Positions 45,337 to 63,178 of a stretch of 64,000 bases of DNA are shown in pieces. The stretch's first letter is position 1; each line of letters starts with the position of its first letter. The position numbers and the translations under genes are program-made. The stretch lies in the NCBI RefSeq assembly GCF_009914755.1, contig NC_060944.1; one strand, given 5' to 3'. Source of the stretch: the human T2T-CHM13v2.0 reference genome, Homo sapiens. The notes under the pieces are model-generated. The model was given only the letters and a program-made list of their open reading frames with translations. It searched no databases and was not told the origin of the DNA.

Positions 45337-45918
45337 TAAATGTTACTTAAATATAAGAGTAGTTGGAAAAAGGGAGTTTCAATTCACACTTCCAGTTAAG
45401 TAACTTTCAGATCATTTTCTGCACATTCTGGAGCTTTTCATTCAATAATTTTCACCTTTTTCAAAAACGGGGCTGAAGCAGAAACTCAGTTCTTTTCCTA
45501 GCCTATTTGGCAAATTAATATTAATCACAAAAAAAGGCAGCAGTTTCCCTTCAGCATCTCTCACTTAACTACTTTGCTAAGTTTTTTTTAAACAGCTCCA
45601 AGAGAAACAACTGTCCTTTATGTGAGATGATGCAAGAAACTACTTAGCTATCACCTCATTAAAAGAATTCAAAATATTTCTGATAATGAGATGCAGATTA
45701 TTGAAGCAAAGCTGTCTCAAGTTTAACAACCTCATAAACTAATTCTCTCACACATTAGGCATGACAAATTAAAGAGATAGTTTAATCTACCTGCAAATTC
45801 TTAAAGCAAGTTCTGGTTATGAAATATACCATTTTGCTATTTTAAGTGACAATTCCTCATAACTTAAGGAATTTTACTTTTAAATGTAAATATTGATATG
45901 GAAAGCCACTGCAATTCA

Positions 45919-46276
<358 letters not shown>

Positions 46277-48084
46277 CTATGTCAAAGGGGAAGGAGGCAC
46301 AAGGGACAAAGAGAAGACAGGAATGAGCTGGCAAAAATGGAGGGAGGAAGGGAGAGAGAAATGAATGTTAGATGAGGGAGGAGGTGGCTGGTTGCCTGGT
46401 GCTCCCTTCTCAACTGCAGACCTCACAGCACAACTTCAGGAGTTGTAGGAGGTTTTCCAGGAGGAAAGTAGGGACATGGTTATTCTGAATGTTTTCCCCA
46501 ACATCACACACATGCAACATGCAGCTACTGTGTCCTGATACTGCATATCCTAACTTTGGCCTTGGGGAACATGTCCCATCATGGGAGGCCCTCCTCTCTG
46601 GCCTGGGTCTTTGTACACAGTACTCAGATCATTCTGCAGCTGGCCAAAGGAGAGTTCAAGGATCACTGGGATAGCAGGAAGGGCAGCGAGCCTCCCCCAG
46701 GAGCTTTGAGATCCTCTCAGTGCCTCCTCAACTTGCCTGGACCAGGCCAGACAAATCTTTAAAACACTTTGAGTCTAAACTTCTGTGACTCTTAATGCAC
46801 CTGCAGTTAGATCCCATTTAACAGTCATTCGTTGCCCTCTCTGTGTGGTTCCACTCTGTGGCCCTACTCTCAAGGAAGAGGTAAATGCTCACAAAATCAG
46901 CTAGTTCTCAGAAACCACTCAAGCACCTTTCAGCATCCTCCATGCTGTACACGGTCCAGGCCCTTTGAGGGATGGCCAGTGAGAAGTAGTTGACGATGTT
47001 TGGCATCCTGGAAGTTCAGGGAGGTAAGAAGTCTTCCTGCATGTGGCAAACTGCTTTTGGCCAAGATTAAGATGGACTCAAAGTCAAAATTCCTTTCTAT
47101 CTAATCTAGGAGTAGAAAGGGCTTGCGTGGTAACGACAAGCAGCTGCTTAAATTCACCAGCGCAGGAGTCCTCTTCTTCCAATAGAACAGAATCCTTTGT
47201 AAATTAGATTTTTATATTGAAAAAGAATATTTACACATGGTTTTAGGAATTCCAACTGTACAAATGAACATGGACTCAAAGTGTTTTTATCTAATCCCAA
47301 ACCTCTAACTCCCCAGACCCCTGTTTCCTACCCAGAAGGGACCCTCAGTGAGTGACATAATCTTCCAGAAAGATGCTATACTTATAAAAGCATCAATGCA
47401 GACCTATGCTCATCTTGCTCTTTTTAAAAAATTTAATACTACATTTTGGAGATTGTCCCGTTTCCATTGACATAAGCTCTACCTCATTCTTGTAATGGCT
47501 ACATTGTACTCCATTATACAAATGTCTCCGTTTCTCAGCTTCATCTCCCTCTCCCAGGAGGCACTTTGCCATCTTGTATCTGCTAAGATGTCCACACCGT
47601 CTTGTGATAGAGTCTGTGCTAAGCAGAGTGGTTTGTAGGCTAAAAGAGCACACTCCAGACCCAAAACTGCCTGCATTCCAGTCCTGGCGTTGGCCCTTGA
47701 TCGCTGAACTACCTTAAGCTACTTTCTCACCCTCTCTGTGCCTTGGCTTACTCATCTCCTAAATGAGATGTTAGTTATAGTACCTGCTTCATAAGGTTTT
47801 TGAATATCAAATGCGGTCATCAGTGCTGACTGCTTATCCCAGTGCCTGACACAGAGTTGAGAACCCGCGAGCTATCCTGATTCCCGAGGCGTTGGCTAAA
47901 CAGTGGACAAGACTGACACAGTTCCTGCGTAGTTAGAGTGCGACAGACACTCCTTTCAGGGCGAACAGAATGGTTTTGTGAGGGGCTACATTGAATCTAA
48001 AAGATTAAAGAGGATTTTTCCCTCTTCTTCTTCTTCTTTTTTTTCCCCCTTCTTCTTCTTCTTTCCGCCTCCCCCTCCCCCGCC

Positions 48085-48682
48085 AAGACAAGGTCTCACT
48101 CTGTCTTCCAGGCTGGAGAGCAGTGGCACAATCCCGGCTCATTGCAATCTCCACCTAGCCCATGTTCAAGCCATCCTCCAGCCTCAGCCTCCCAAGTAGC
48201 TGGGATTACAGGCATGTGCCACCATGCCCAGATAATTTTTATATTTTTGGTAGAGATGAGGTTTCACCATGTTTCCCAGGCTGGTCTCAAACTCCTGAGT
48301 TCAAAGTGATCTGCTCACCTCAGCCTCCCAAAGTGCTGGGATTACAGGCATGAGCCACCGCACCCAGCCAGCTTCTCCCCCTTATTTGGTTAGTTATAGG
48401 AAAATAATACTAGCTGACACACACAGTGTGTGAGAAGTCTGTATTGTTATGTGGGGTTTGCAAAGTGAGGACACTTTCCAGATCATCTTTGCTGTAACTC
48501 CCTAAGCTAGGCATGGTGATGTGTGCCTGTAGTCCCAGCTACCTGTGAGGCTGAGGCAGGAGGATTGCTTAAGACCAGGAGTTTAAGGCTGTAGTGCACC
48601 ATGATCATGCCTGTGAATAGCCACTGCATTCCAGCCTGGGCAACATAGCAAGACCCTGTCTCTTAAAAAAAAAAAAAAAAAA
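48085..48682. mobile_element. Alu on - (48085-48369) and Alu monomer on + (48506-48682)
   Basis: Alu consensus. Confidence 0.85.
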
Positions 48683-49699
48683 ACCCTCTGTCACCCTTCT
48701 GGAGGTGACTTCACAGAATGTTGTTACCCACCAGAAATCCCTCCCAGAAGAAGTGTCTGTAGATACTTTGATTTTTCCTCAGGTTGTCCTTCCTCCTTCT
48801 CTGTCTTCCCTTTTTGGAGAATGTAGGTGGGAAAAATGTAGGTGGTGAGGGGATTTTTCTTACGCTCTTGGAAACTTTTTTTTAACATAATATCCTTTTA
48901 AAATGATGGAAAGTAAACATTCACAAGCCAACAGATAATACCCTTCTCTCTGCATTAATCTTTCCTAGCCTGTATTTGAATTTACATGAAATGAAATACT
49001 TCCAAGTACATTTGAAGGGAGACTATTTACTTGAAAGATGATCAAAGAGCCCTTTCTCCATTCTGCACTCTCTCGATGTTGAGTCTGGGCACAGCTACCT
49101 CATAAAAATGTATAACAGAATATGTCACTGATCTCAACATAAAAGCTCCTACATCCATGGAAATCCTTCATGAACTTCAGGGATTCACATTTCCCATGTA
49201 TCAAAAGATCTGTGATATTTATAGTATATGCAGTTTTTAAAATGTGGTTTCTCTATAACTAACTATCCTTTCCTGGCCCTCAAAGGGGAAGTAGGAAGCA
49301 TTCCATCACCTCGCCTGAATAGTAACTAAGAATTCTTGGAAGTAAGACATGGAATCAGTGAGAAGGAAGCCGAAATGCGAAACATGGACATTTTTCAAAG
49401 AAGGATCTTAGTAGAAGAAAAATGTCCTTCTTGGCCTTGGAGATCTACATCTTTGTACAGAGCAGGGGCCTAGACATCACTTACAGCTCTGGCTTCTTGC
49501 ACAGTTACCATCTCCACCACTAGTTTGGGGAACTTCCTTATTTACCACCTCCCACTATGGACTGGTGACCTCACTGTATGATTTACCTTCCCAAAGAAAG
49601 AATGATATTCTAGGTTACTTGGATGGAAACGGTCTCATGATCTCTACTTTACTATCCCATAGTTACTACTGTTTTAATTTTAGGAGCATAAGTGTTTGG

Positions 49700-50060
49700 T
49701 GTCAGGCGGGCTGTGAAAGATAAAACAAGGAGGAAGCAGGATGGGGCCATGATGCTGCCCTGACCCCTGTGACAGGAAAGAGAGAAGGAGCTGGACAGAG
49801 TAGAGACAGCCTCAAACTGTGGGGCAGCTTAGACATAGTCTTGACAACTCAACAGGGGCTTTGGGGTAAAGATTGCCCATTCAGTGAGTCCTGCATTGGG
49901 CAGGAACACCCAGGCCCCCTGACTATTAACGTTGAGTTTGCAAAGGAAATCTGGATGGGGTCTCTAAGACCTCAGCTGCGGGCTGGACTCAGCAGCAGAA
50001 TGCTTCACTGGGCCCAAGGAGTGATATTTTAAGATCTGCCTGAGCATGCCACAGCCTCCA
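49700..50060. mobile_element. Old ERVL-type LTR remnant (LTR16-like, tentative)
   Basis: aaagattgcccattcagtgagtcctgcattgggcaggaa resembles an old LTR consensus as I recall it. Confidence 0.35.
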
Positions 50061-51187
50061 CCACACCCAAATGTCTTACGCCTGGCCTGTCTCACTCATG
50101 TATATTTCTTGCCCAGCTCCTATAATCCTTTGAGTTTGCTGCTTCTCCTTACAGCTGTCTTTAAACCAGCTCTTTCTGGATTTGCACACATTTGGATGTA
50201 AGAGTTAGCAGATTAGAGTAGGAAACAGACTTGGACTTGGAAAGGCCGTGCAGAGTATTGGCAATAGCAGGCTTCAGTCAGATGGATGCGAGTTTGAATC
50301 CCTGCTCTGCTACCTGCTGCTGCATGACCAGAGGCAGGTCATTAATCTCTCCTAGTCTTAGGTGCCACAAAGCACTAAAATGAGGCCAACAGAGCAATCA
50401 GTGTACCCCCCGACCTGCCCCCCAGCCCTGACATTCTTGAGTTTCTGCAGCTTTGCTCTTTTGAGTAAACTAAAGAGAAAGAAAATTGAAGGTAAAGCAG
50501 AGAAGCAAGCTGTGCATGTGGGCGAGTGCACGTGGGTGCAGTCACCCGGGCAGTGTGTCCACCCCGGCCTAGAGAGGGGATTTCCATCCCAGGAACAGGG
50601 ACAATGAGGCAGCATAACTGAGGCTGCAGGAGCTGCTTCTCTCCCGGCTCATCTAAGCTGCTCCTGCCTAGAGCTGCCATGCCTGCGGATGTCTCTTATA
50701 CCACCATGGATGATGAAAGTGTGCGGGCCAGTTCCCTCTCTTCTTCTTACTTTCCCTGGCCCATTCAGCAGTGCGTCCCTCCCTTCTCTGCAGTTATGCT
50801 CCTGCTCTTCTTCCAAGCATCACCTCAAGTTGCATCCAGTCCTTCACCAGCTCCTCCCCAAAACTAACAAAATCCAGCCTCTGCCCTCAGCCAAGCCACA
50901 GGCATCTCCCAGCTGGACCAGACAATTGACTTTGAATCGCCTCTCTGGCTTCCACTTGCTCCATGCACCCCATTTTCCACCCAGTAACCACCTATAAACA
51001 GCATCCGCTATGGAAATTAGGAGCCAGGGCCTTTGTTGATCTCTCTCCAGGCAACCTGGTCATTTTTCAGTTCCTCCAACTTTCCATGCGCCCCCAACAC
51101 ATACATACACACTCACTCATACTCACACACGCCCCCTCACCCACGCACTCCGGCCTCCACACATTCCTCTTCCTCTGCCTGAATGCT

Positions 51188-51411
51188 CTTTATCTGACTA
51201 ACACTTTATCTGACTAACTCCTTATCTAACTCCTCCTTACCCCCAGATGGAAGCTTCCATGGCTGCTTTCTCAGGTAAACGTCCCTAAGCCCTCACCCAT
51301 CACTACTTCCCAACTGCACTTATAATTTTTCATAACTTCCTGTATTTTTTCATAACTTCCTGTATTTTTTATAACTTCCTGTATTTTATTTCTCATAACT
51401 TCTTGTATTTT
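51188..51411. repeat. Two short tandem arrays: 16-bp period (TTATCT x3) and ~20-bp period (TTTTCATAACTTCCTGTAT x4)
   Basis: Read directly. Confidence 0.9.
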
Positions 51412-53698
51412 CTTTCCATCTCACTTACAAGAGATGGAAACCCTGTATTTATTTCTGTGATGATTTGATTAGAATTTGTCTCCTCCACTAACATGTACAT
51501 GGCATGAGATCAGAAACAGTTTTGTTCACCACGATGCCTCCAGCAGAGCCCCTGGAATACACGTGATGCTCAATACAATCTTGGTGAATGAATGAATGAA
51601 TGAATTGCTCCCCAGATTTCTCCAAGTGCAGCTAAGACCACTGTATCCTTGGCTGCTCGGGTTTAGATGAGCACATTGCACCTGCCAGCTGTGGAAAGGT
51701 CTCTGCACTGAGGTTATCATCAGCATGAAGGCAGTGAGTCTCTTATTCTTCACGTTTGTTTCCCTATCCTCCTCCTGTTCTTCCTTCCAAATGCATATTC
51801 ATTTTCCTTTTCCCTCTCCCAGCTGTTGTATGAAGATGGGCATTTGGGGGAAATGTCCTTTTTGGAAATCGTTTAAGAACATTTCTTCCATTGTACCCAG
51901 AATCTAACTGCTTGTGTACCCACAAGGAACAAAAATGTGAACATACATCCTCCTTCACCTCTGAAATTTCTACACAAATATTTCCAAATTAACACTCTAT
52001 TTAAGAATACCTTGTGAGTGGCCTCAGCAACCATTGCAATGGTTACTGGATGCCTTTGGAGTGGCCTGTCAACTGCTTCCATCTGTTATTCACAAAGAGC
52101 TCAGTGCAGCGCCAGGAACATGGGTGCAGGATGAGTGCTGGCTGCTGCTATTGCAATGTCCAGTGCTCCCTGCACGCCCAGCCTGACCATAACAGCCTGA
52201 GCCCAGCCAAAAGTGGGGTGGTCAGGGGCAGCCTCTGCAAAGGGGTGACTCGAGCTGAGACCCAGAGGAGGAGGATCTGGCGGAAGAGAGTTCTGGGCAG
52301 AAGGAACAGCAAAGAAAAGGTCTGAGGTGGAAGCAACCTCAGGGCATTTGAGAAAAGTAAGAAAACAATGTGACTGGAGGGAAATGAATGAGGGTAGAGC
52401 TGCAAACTGGGAGGCTGATCCTGCCTCGAAGCCACACTAGGAAGGTGACCTTTTGTTCTGAATGCAGTTCTAAGCAATTAGAGGTTTTTAAAATAAGAGA
52501 CCAACAGGATCCAATTTTATGTGTATAAAATAAAATATTCTGGCTAGTGTCTGGAGAGTGGATTATAAGGTGAAAGAATGGATGTGAGGAACCAATTAGA
52601 ATTTAAGTGACCTTGGACAAGTCATTTGATCTCTCTGACCCTCAGTTCTCTCATCTGTAAAATGGGGATAAGAAAGTCTGCCTCTGAGATTTCATAGAAA
52701 TAGGTAATATTATGACTTCAGTGCATCCAACACAAAATAGGTTCTCATTCAGTATAATTCCCTGTTTTCCCTCCATTCCAGGTAAGGAACTCCCCAAGAC
52801 TTTGCACATGCATTTCATTCGTCTTTTGTAACATTAATATTGATGGTCTTTGCTACTGAAACGCTGAGGCATAATTAATTGATTGCATGAGCTGTCCAGA
52901 GACACCCCTGTCAATTGTAATGAAACGCCATACAGTGTTTCATTCATATTGAGGGGAATCGTGTTATGGCAACATATTTAGAGTTTTCCTTTGCTGGGAG
53001 TTTACATCCTTTGAAGATGTGGTCTGCTGTCCTGAAGACAGCAGGTCAAAATTACAAAATAAATCATATATCAAGAATAAGACTGCTGCTATTCATCTTG
53101 GACAGCTGTGAGTGCCCAGTGGGGTGGATGATCATAAAAACCCCATTGTTCTCTGGGAAAAAGTCCTTACTTTTACAATAGGCAAATCCGCCAGCTAAGC
53201 TGCATTCAATCTGGACCCTTCAGGGCAGCTGCCATATTGCAACAACTGCTCTGTCTAAAGATATGCACTATCTTATTTCTAGACAAATGCAAGCACATTT
53301 CAGATGATCGGTTTTTAAAGATTGCTTTAAATGTATTTCATGGGAATTACGATGAAATATACCATAATTATTTCATTATAGCCTCTGCAAAGGCTTTTAT
53401 TTTCCCTTTTGTTCCCAATGTAGATGGTTAAAGTACAGTTTTCAAAAAGGCAAAATTATGACTCTCATGCAAATATAAAATGAACTCATGTCAAAGATTT
53501 TAATCAATTTTGATCAATTAATAGGGAATCAATGAAATGTTAAAACTAGGTCAAAGATCGTTGAGGATACTTGTCCAACTTGAATGAATTTATTTTTAAA
53601 AAGAGATCATTGAGGGGCTAGGTAGGTATAGGCAATTTAATTAAGGCATATTAGAGTGTGATTGCAAGGCTAAGTATGAAACTGGTTAAAGTCCTACA

Positions 53699-53772
53699 AG
53701 ATAATAAACCTTTCAGATTATTGTTTCAGATAATAAACCTTTCAGATAATAAAGCTTTCAGATTATTGTTTT
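53699..53772. repeat. Compound minisatellite of CAGATAATAAACCTTT and CAGATTATTGTTT units
   Basis: Read directly; order A-B-A-A-B. Confidence 0.88.
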
Positions 53773-53846
53773 TTACTGAACGGCAATTATTTGTCTATTT
53801 AACTGGAAAAAAAATCTGCAAAGTAGCATGTAAGTTTCATAAGTCC

Positions 53847-54158
<312 letters not shown>

Positions 54159-55889
54159 TAAGTCTTGACCTTTAATCAATACTCTTTATAAGACTCTAAA
54201 ACTCTAGTCCCTTAAATACTTCATCACTGCTGGATTCTCCAAGCTCAGCACCCACATTCTTGTGAAACCCACTCCCAACACATTCAAGGGATAATGATTC
54301 CGTGTGCAGACTAGTTACGCCTTGAGGTTTATCTTCTGGACATGGCTGGTGGTCATTCTTACCGAAGGTCATCCAAAAGTGTGGGCAGGGGCGTCACAGA
54401 AATCTTCCCTCTTACCCTACTCCAGACAGAAATAGGAGCGCTCATCCTGGTGTTTGTGATTTCTTACCTCTTAAAGACTTGAAAATGGGGGCGTTATGTC
54501 ACGCCTCTCTTTCATTCATTAATTCAACAAGTAGCTAAAGATCCCCTACTCTGTCCTGGATCATGGGACGCAGTCCAGAACAAGAGGGTGTGGCCCTCGC
54601 TCTCCTGGAGCTTACGTTCTTATGGGGAGACAGACCCTGGATGAGTTGAACCCTAATGTGACACGTACTGATGTGCAAAGGTGTTGGGCAGAAGTATGGG
54701 GAGAACTAGTTTGGTCAAGAGGGTGTCAGGGACCCTTTTTCTAAGGAAGTGACATTTAAGATAAGCCTGAAAGGATGTGTGGAATTTCACTGGGTGGAAA
54801 GCTGCTGACTGCTTTGGGGTAGAGAGAACAGCATGATGGAGGGACTCAAGCCCTCAGAAAGGGTGACACCCTGGAGGCCAGTGAGGAAGTGATACCTATG
54901 AGTCTGGAAGTGTGGGAAGAGGCAAAATCACACAGGGCCTTGATGGTTTGGGCACAGTTTGGGCTTTGTCCAAAGGGTAATAGGGAGCCACTGAAGGGTG
55001 GTAGAGAGGGGAGTGGCATGATCAAAATTTGTGTCCCTGAAAAACTCGAGGACGACAACAGTGCCATATGTAATAAACATTCCATAAATGTTTGCTGAAT
55101 CTGTGAAGGAACAATTGGCTGACCCAGAAAGACACCCCATGGGATGCCTGACACCAGGAAGTACAGTCATTGTCCATCGGCTGTAGCTCAGCTCTCTGCT
55201 TTTCAATGTCATCTCATACACTCACTGGGCTCAGACAAGTGATAGCTTCATATCTTCCCTCTCACTTGAGGATTTCTGCTTCACCATGGAGAAGAGAGGA
55301 AATCTCTACAGGCAGGAATGCCCCTCACAATACACATGCCCCTAACTCCTTTGGGGACCTTTTTTCTATGGAAAAATGAGTTAAAAGTGGGTACAGCAGG
55401 GAGGTGACACATCCCCCGGGTTGCCTGCAAGTTATTCCCTCAGCGGCATGAGGGCTGCAGCTGATTCTGTAGTTTTGAGTAGTCTGGGTGTTGCTAAGAA
55501 TGTGCTGGGAAACATTTCAAGTTTCCTTGACAAAGATTTCTAAACAAATACATCATCCAACAAAGAGGTAATGCACAGGGTAGATTAGGGTACAAGGAAC
55601 TGTGCAGTCTCATTCACCGTGGGTGGAGGTGTGAATTGATTGAACTTTGCTGGAGGGCAACGTGACAGCATCCGGAGCCCTGATGGTTTCCACCCACCGA
55701 CTTCCCACTGAAGAATTTATCCATGGAAATAAATAAGGGGAGTTGCAAATATTAGCTATAAAGATGATCATTTCAGCATTGTTTGTAATAGCTAAAACCT
55801 GCAATTAGCTAAAATGTCCAAAACCAAGAAGAAAAATTATGTTTCATCTGTACAATGGAAAACCAAGCCACTGTTTTAAAGAATATTGA

Positions 55890-56300
<411 letters not shown>

Positions 56301-57212
56301 TAGATTTTAAAACTTTAATGATGACTCTAGGTGTGTATGTGAACAACTATGCAAAAGAAAAGATCTGGAAACACAAAAACCGAAGGATTAACAGCAGTTA
56401 CCTGTGGTGGCAGCACTGCAGGCATTTTAATTTTCTTCTGTTTGCTTATTATTATTTTTACTTTTTCTTTAATGAACTTTTATTACTTTTGTAGAAAGAA
56501 CAAAATGTTTTATTTTCAAAAATTGTTCATGATCTCCTGGGATCTCAGCTGTATTAGATTTTGTGGGGGATGTTCAATGTCTTTCTGGGTGCGTGAAGGA
56601 TCTGATTCTTCTTACGCTTTTTAGATAGACTTGTAGTAGTGTTTCCCCTAATCCACACAGACCTGCTTGTCTGGTTAAGATGGTATTTTTCAGCATTGGT
56701 CTTCCAATTCCATTTTTGTAACAGAATAGAGATATTAGGCAAGAAGCACAATAATTTTCAACAAACATAATGGAAGAGTTGGTCACTTTTGCTTTATTTA
56801 TGAAAGTATGAACAAAGGTTAATGAGTTTAAAAGGTGTAATTAAATTTATTTAGAAAAATAAAAAACAACTGGAAGGATAAATACCAAAAATGGTGTGAA
56901 TTGGTATCTTTTAGTGGTGGGATTATGGGTAATTTTCACTTCCTTCTTTTATTTCTCTCTTTTTCTGTAATGAACATGTATTGATATAAAAAGATTGGGA
57001 AAGGTGATTACTTTAAAACCTAAAGAAACAAGTTGCCTTCATGTAATTACAGTGGAAAGTTCAAATAAGAAGGGGGCTCGGCCATCACTGCCGTGGTAAC
57101 AAGGCGACTTTTTTTAGAACTGTGTGGCTAACTGAAAGAGCATGGGTTGGAGAATTAGGAGACTGGGTTTGATCCTGGCTTTGTGACCGCAGGCAAGTCA
57201 CTAACCCCCTAA

Positions 57213-57542
<330 letters not shown>

Positions 57543-57819
57543 TCTTGTCATTCACTTATTAATGAACATTTACTGAGCATACTCTATGTACCTGGGTCTG
57601 GGCCTGACACTGGGGACAGAATAGCCAAGTGAGGTGTGGGCCCAGCAGTCACAGAACTGCCAATCCAATTCAGAAGGAAAATAGCAAAAACCAGACAAAA
57701 AGCAATCTAATAGTAATAACAGTCACAGCTGCCTGTACCAAGTACTTACTAAATGTCAGGCACCTGTACATGACAGAGAGAGAGATACCCATATGTATAC
57801 ACAATATATAATGGATTGC

Positions 57820-57881
<62 letters not shown>

Positions 57882-57958
57882 GGATATATGTTGGGTACAT
57901 ATATATATCAACCCGTCATATATAGTGTGTGTGTGTATATATACATATATATAAATAT
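57820..57958. repeat. (TA)n/(TG)n compound microsatellite
   Basis: Read directly. Confidence 0.9.
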
Positions 57959-57959
57959 C

Positions 57960-58469
<510 letters not shown>

Positions 58470-58654
58470 TCACTTAGACCCCAAGGATGTGAAGGAACAA
58501 ATCAAAGAGCAGGGACAAGAGCCTCTGGGGTGGAAGAAATGAAATGAAAGGGCATGATGAATTTGTATGAAGCTTTCTAAGAGAGTGGGATTGGAGTAGC
58601 AGTCACTGGCCACGGTGCTAACTGCAAATTCTCTTCTCCCCTCTCCACCCACAG

Positions 58655-59077
58655 GCACTCCTGGCCAGGGCACTTTATGACAACTGCCCTGACTGCTCTG
58701 ACGAGCTGGCTTTCAGCAGAGGGGACATCCTGACCATTCTGGAGCAACACGTGCCAGAAAGCGAGGGTTGGTGGAAGTGTTTGCTCCATGGGAGGCAAGG
58801 CCTGGCCCCTGCCAACCGCCTCCAAATCCTCACGGAGGTCGCTGCAGACAGGCCGTGCCCCCCATTCCTGAGAGGCCTGGAAGAAGCTCCTGCCAGCTCA
58901 GAGGAGACCTATCAGGTGCCCACTCTACCCCGCCCTCCCACTCCAGGCCCCGTTTATGAGCAGATGAGGAGTTGGGCGGAGGGGCCCCAGCCCCCTACTG
59001 CCCAAGTCTATGAATTCCCCGACCCTCCCACCAGTGCCAGAATCATCTGTGAAAAGACTCTCAGCTTTCCAAAACAG
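58655..59077 (+). CDS. CASS4: CASS4 coding exon 2 (423 nt): SH3 domain (ALYDN...ELAFSRGDILTIL...GWWKC...GLAPANRL) plus YxxP substrate motifs YQVP and YEFP; gene continues beyond the right edge
   Basis: cccacag|GCA CTC CTG GCC AGG GCA CTT TAT GAC AAC...AAA CAG|gtacgc; ORF 58751..59149; p130Cas/NEDD9-family SH3 signature. Confidence 0.96.
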
Positions 59078-59494
59078 GTACGCATACTTCCACCTACTAG
59101 ACATGGGTTGAGGGGTATGGAAACACCCAGAGGCCTAACTACCTCTTGAGGCATGGGTGTCCTTCAGATCAAACACGCAAAACGGGAGCCCAGATTGCTG
59201 GCAATCACGCTCGGGGAGCTTGTGTGCCAGGTTGGGATGGAGAACTCAGCGGCCTCCACCCCCTTGTCGTTGACACCCTTGGCGCCACTGTGATTCCCCA
59301 GCTCTCCAAGGCTGGGCACACTCTGTGGGAAATGGAATGCTTAGCTGAGCTGTGTGGGAAGGCACTGAGGATGTTCGTGGCACCCTTTTCACAGGATGAA
59401 GGATCACCAGGACTGCCAGTGACAAATGGGAGGGTGGGGTTTCCATGGGTTCAGAGGCAAGAAGTTACACATCGCATTTAAAATGTATATTCCA

Positions 59495-60372
<878 letters not shown>

Positions 60373-60601
60373 TCTAAAAAGGAATTCTGTATGTGAGTGT
60401 GTATGTGCATGTGTGCTCTCACACTGAGACTGAGAAGAACATGCTCCAGGCATAGTTACCCCAAGGAAGGGGAACTGGTTAAAGAGAAAGGGAGCAGTAA
60501 GCTGGGGCCTTTATTTTATTCATTCCTGTGTCCTCAGCACGTGGGACCAGGCCTGGCCTGGGGTAGGTGCTCAATACATATCTGACAAACAAACAAATTA
60601 G

Positions 60602-61190
<589 letters not shown>

Positions 61191-62344
61191 GCAGAATGAA
61201 AACTTTTTTTAATAAGGAAAAGAATTAAAGTAAGGAAGGAGAAAAAGAATGCGCTATTTCCCTCAAAGCCCTGGCCTTCATGAGGTGTTGAGATGTAGAG
61301 CAGATGTGCACAGGCCTCAGTCACTGCAGGCATTTCCTGCCATCAGATGCTTTGCTTTCAGCTCCCATGACACATCCCACCCGGCCACAGCTCTGGCAGA
61401 GGGTCTTGGCAAGGTCTGTGTGCAGGGAAAGGCCAAGCTCCCTGAGGCATGTGCTGTGGGGGCCCCAGGAATGTGCTACTCACCATTCAGGCCTTCTCCA
61501 CACCAGCTTCCAAGGTTGTCTTCAAACAGGAAAGTGTTGATTCCTTAGAAGATTTTGAATACTTTACATTTTCTAACTCCCTGGGCTACAAGACATAGAA
61601 CCAGACAGTTGTTACATAGAACAGCTGCCAGCACAGGCACTCGCTACAAACACCAGGAGGAAGCTGGTGGCGCCTTCTGAAGCAGTCAATGAGGTGGACA
61701 CTAACTCTCTTTTCTGGAACAACTGGCCCCGATCTAGGCCTGGCATGCTCAGCTGCTGTCTGAGCAGCTGACTCGGAGCAGAGCTTTGCTGAGGTTTCTT
61801 CTAAGAACAACAAGTGACATTAACTGAAGTTAACTTGAATTTCTTCCAAAGCCATGAAAAGAAAAAACAAAAAATCAATAGCAATTCCTTCCTCTCCCTG
61901 AAAGGAAAACAGATGCGCTGTCCTCTGTTGGTTGACCAGAGGACCCTCGAAGACCACTTCACAATCAGTTAAGTTTTCTGATCCACAGAAAAGGCTGGCA
62001 AGGCTGGCACCTCCTCCCTGCTCATGCCACTCAATACAATGACAGGCTCCTACAAGGTACTTAGTAAATACCTGTTGCATGAATGAAATTGACCAAACAC
62101 AACACAAGGTTTCAAAAACATGGAGTCCACTATCAACTGCTAGACTGACATCCGTGTGAAAGGAAAGATGAGTTTACTATTGAAACTTAACTTTGAAAAA
62201 TGATCAGGGCATTAGCAATGAGATTTGTCCTTGATGTTAAGTGCATCAACCATTTGAGGCCTTGCTTGTGCAGGCTGTGGCAAACAACAGAAACCGCAAG
62301 GAAATTCAGGGGGGGTCCCTTTAACCACTGAGCAGAGTTCTTGA

Positions 62345-63178
<834 letters not shown>

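Noticed and set aside
51326-51411. Short direct-repeat arrays as possible CRISPR-like structures
   Set aside because: Head-to-tail repeats with no unique spacers, in vertebrate DNA with no cas genes
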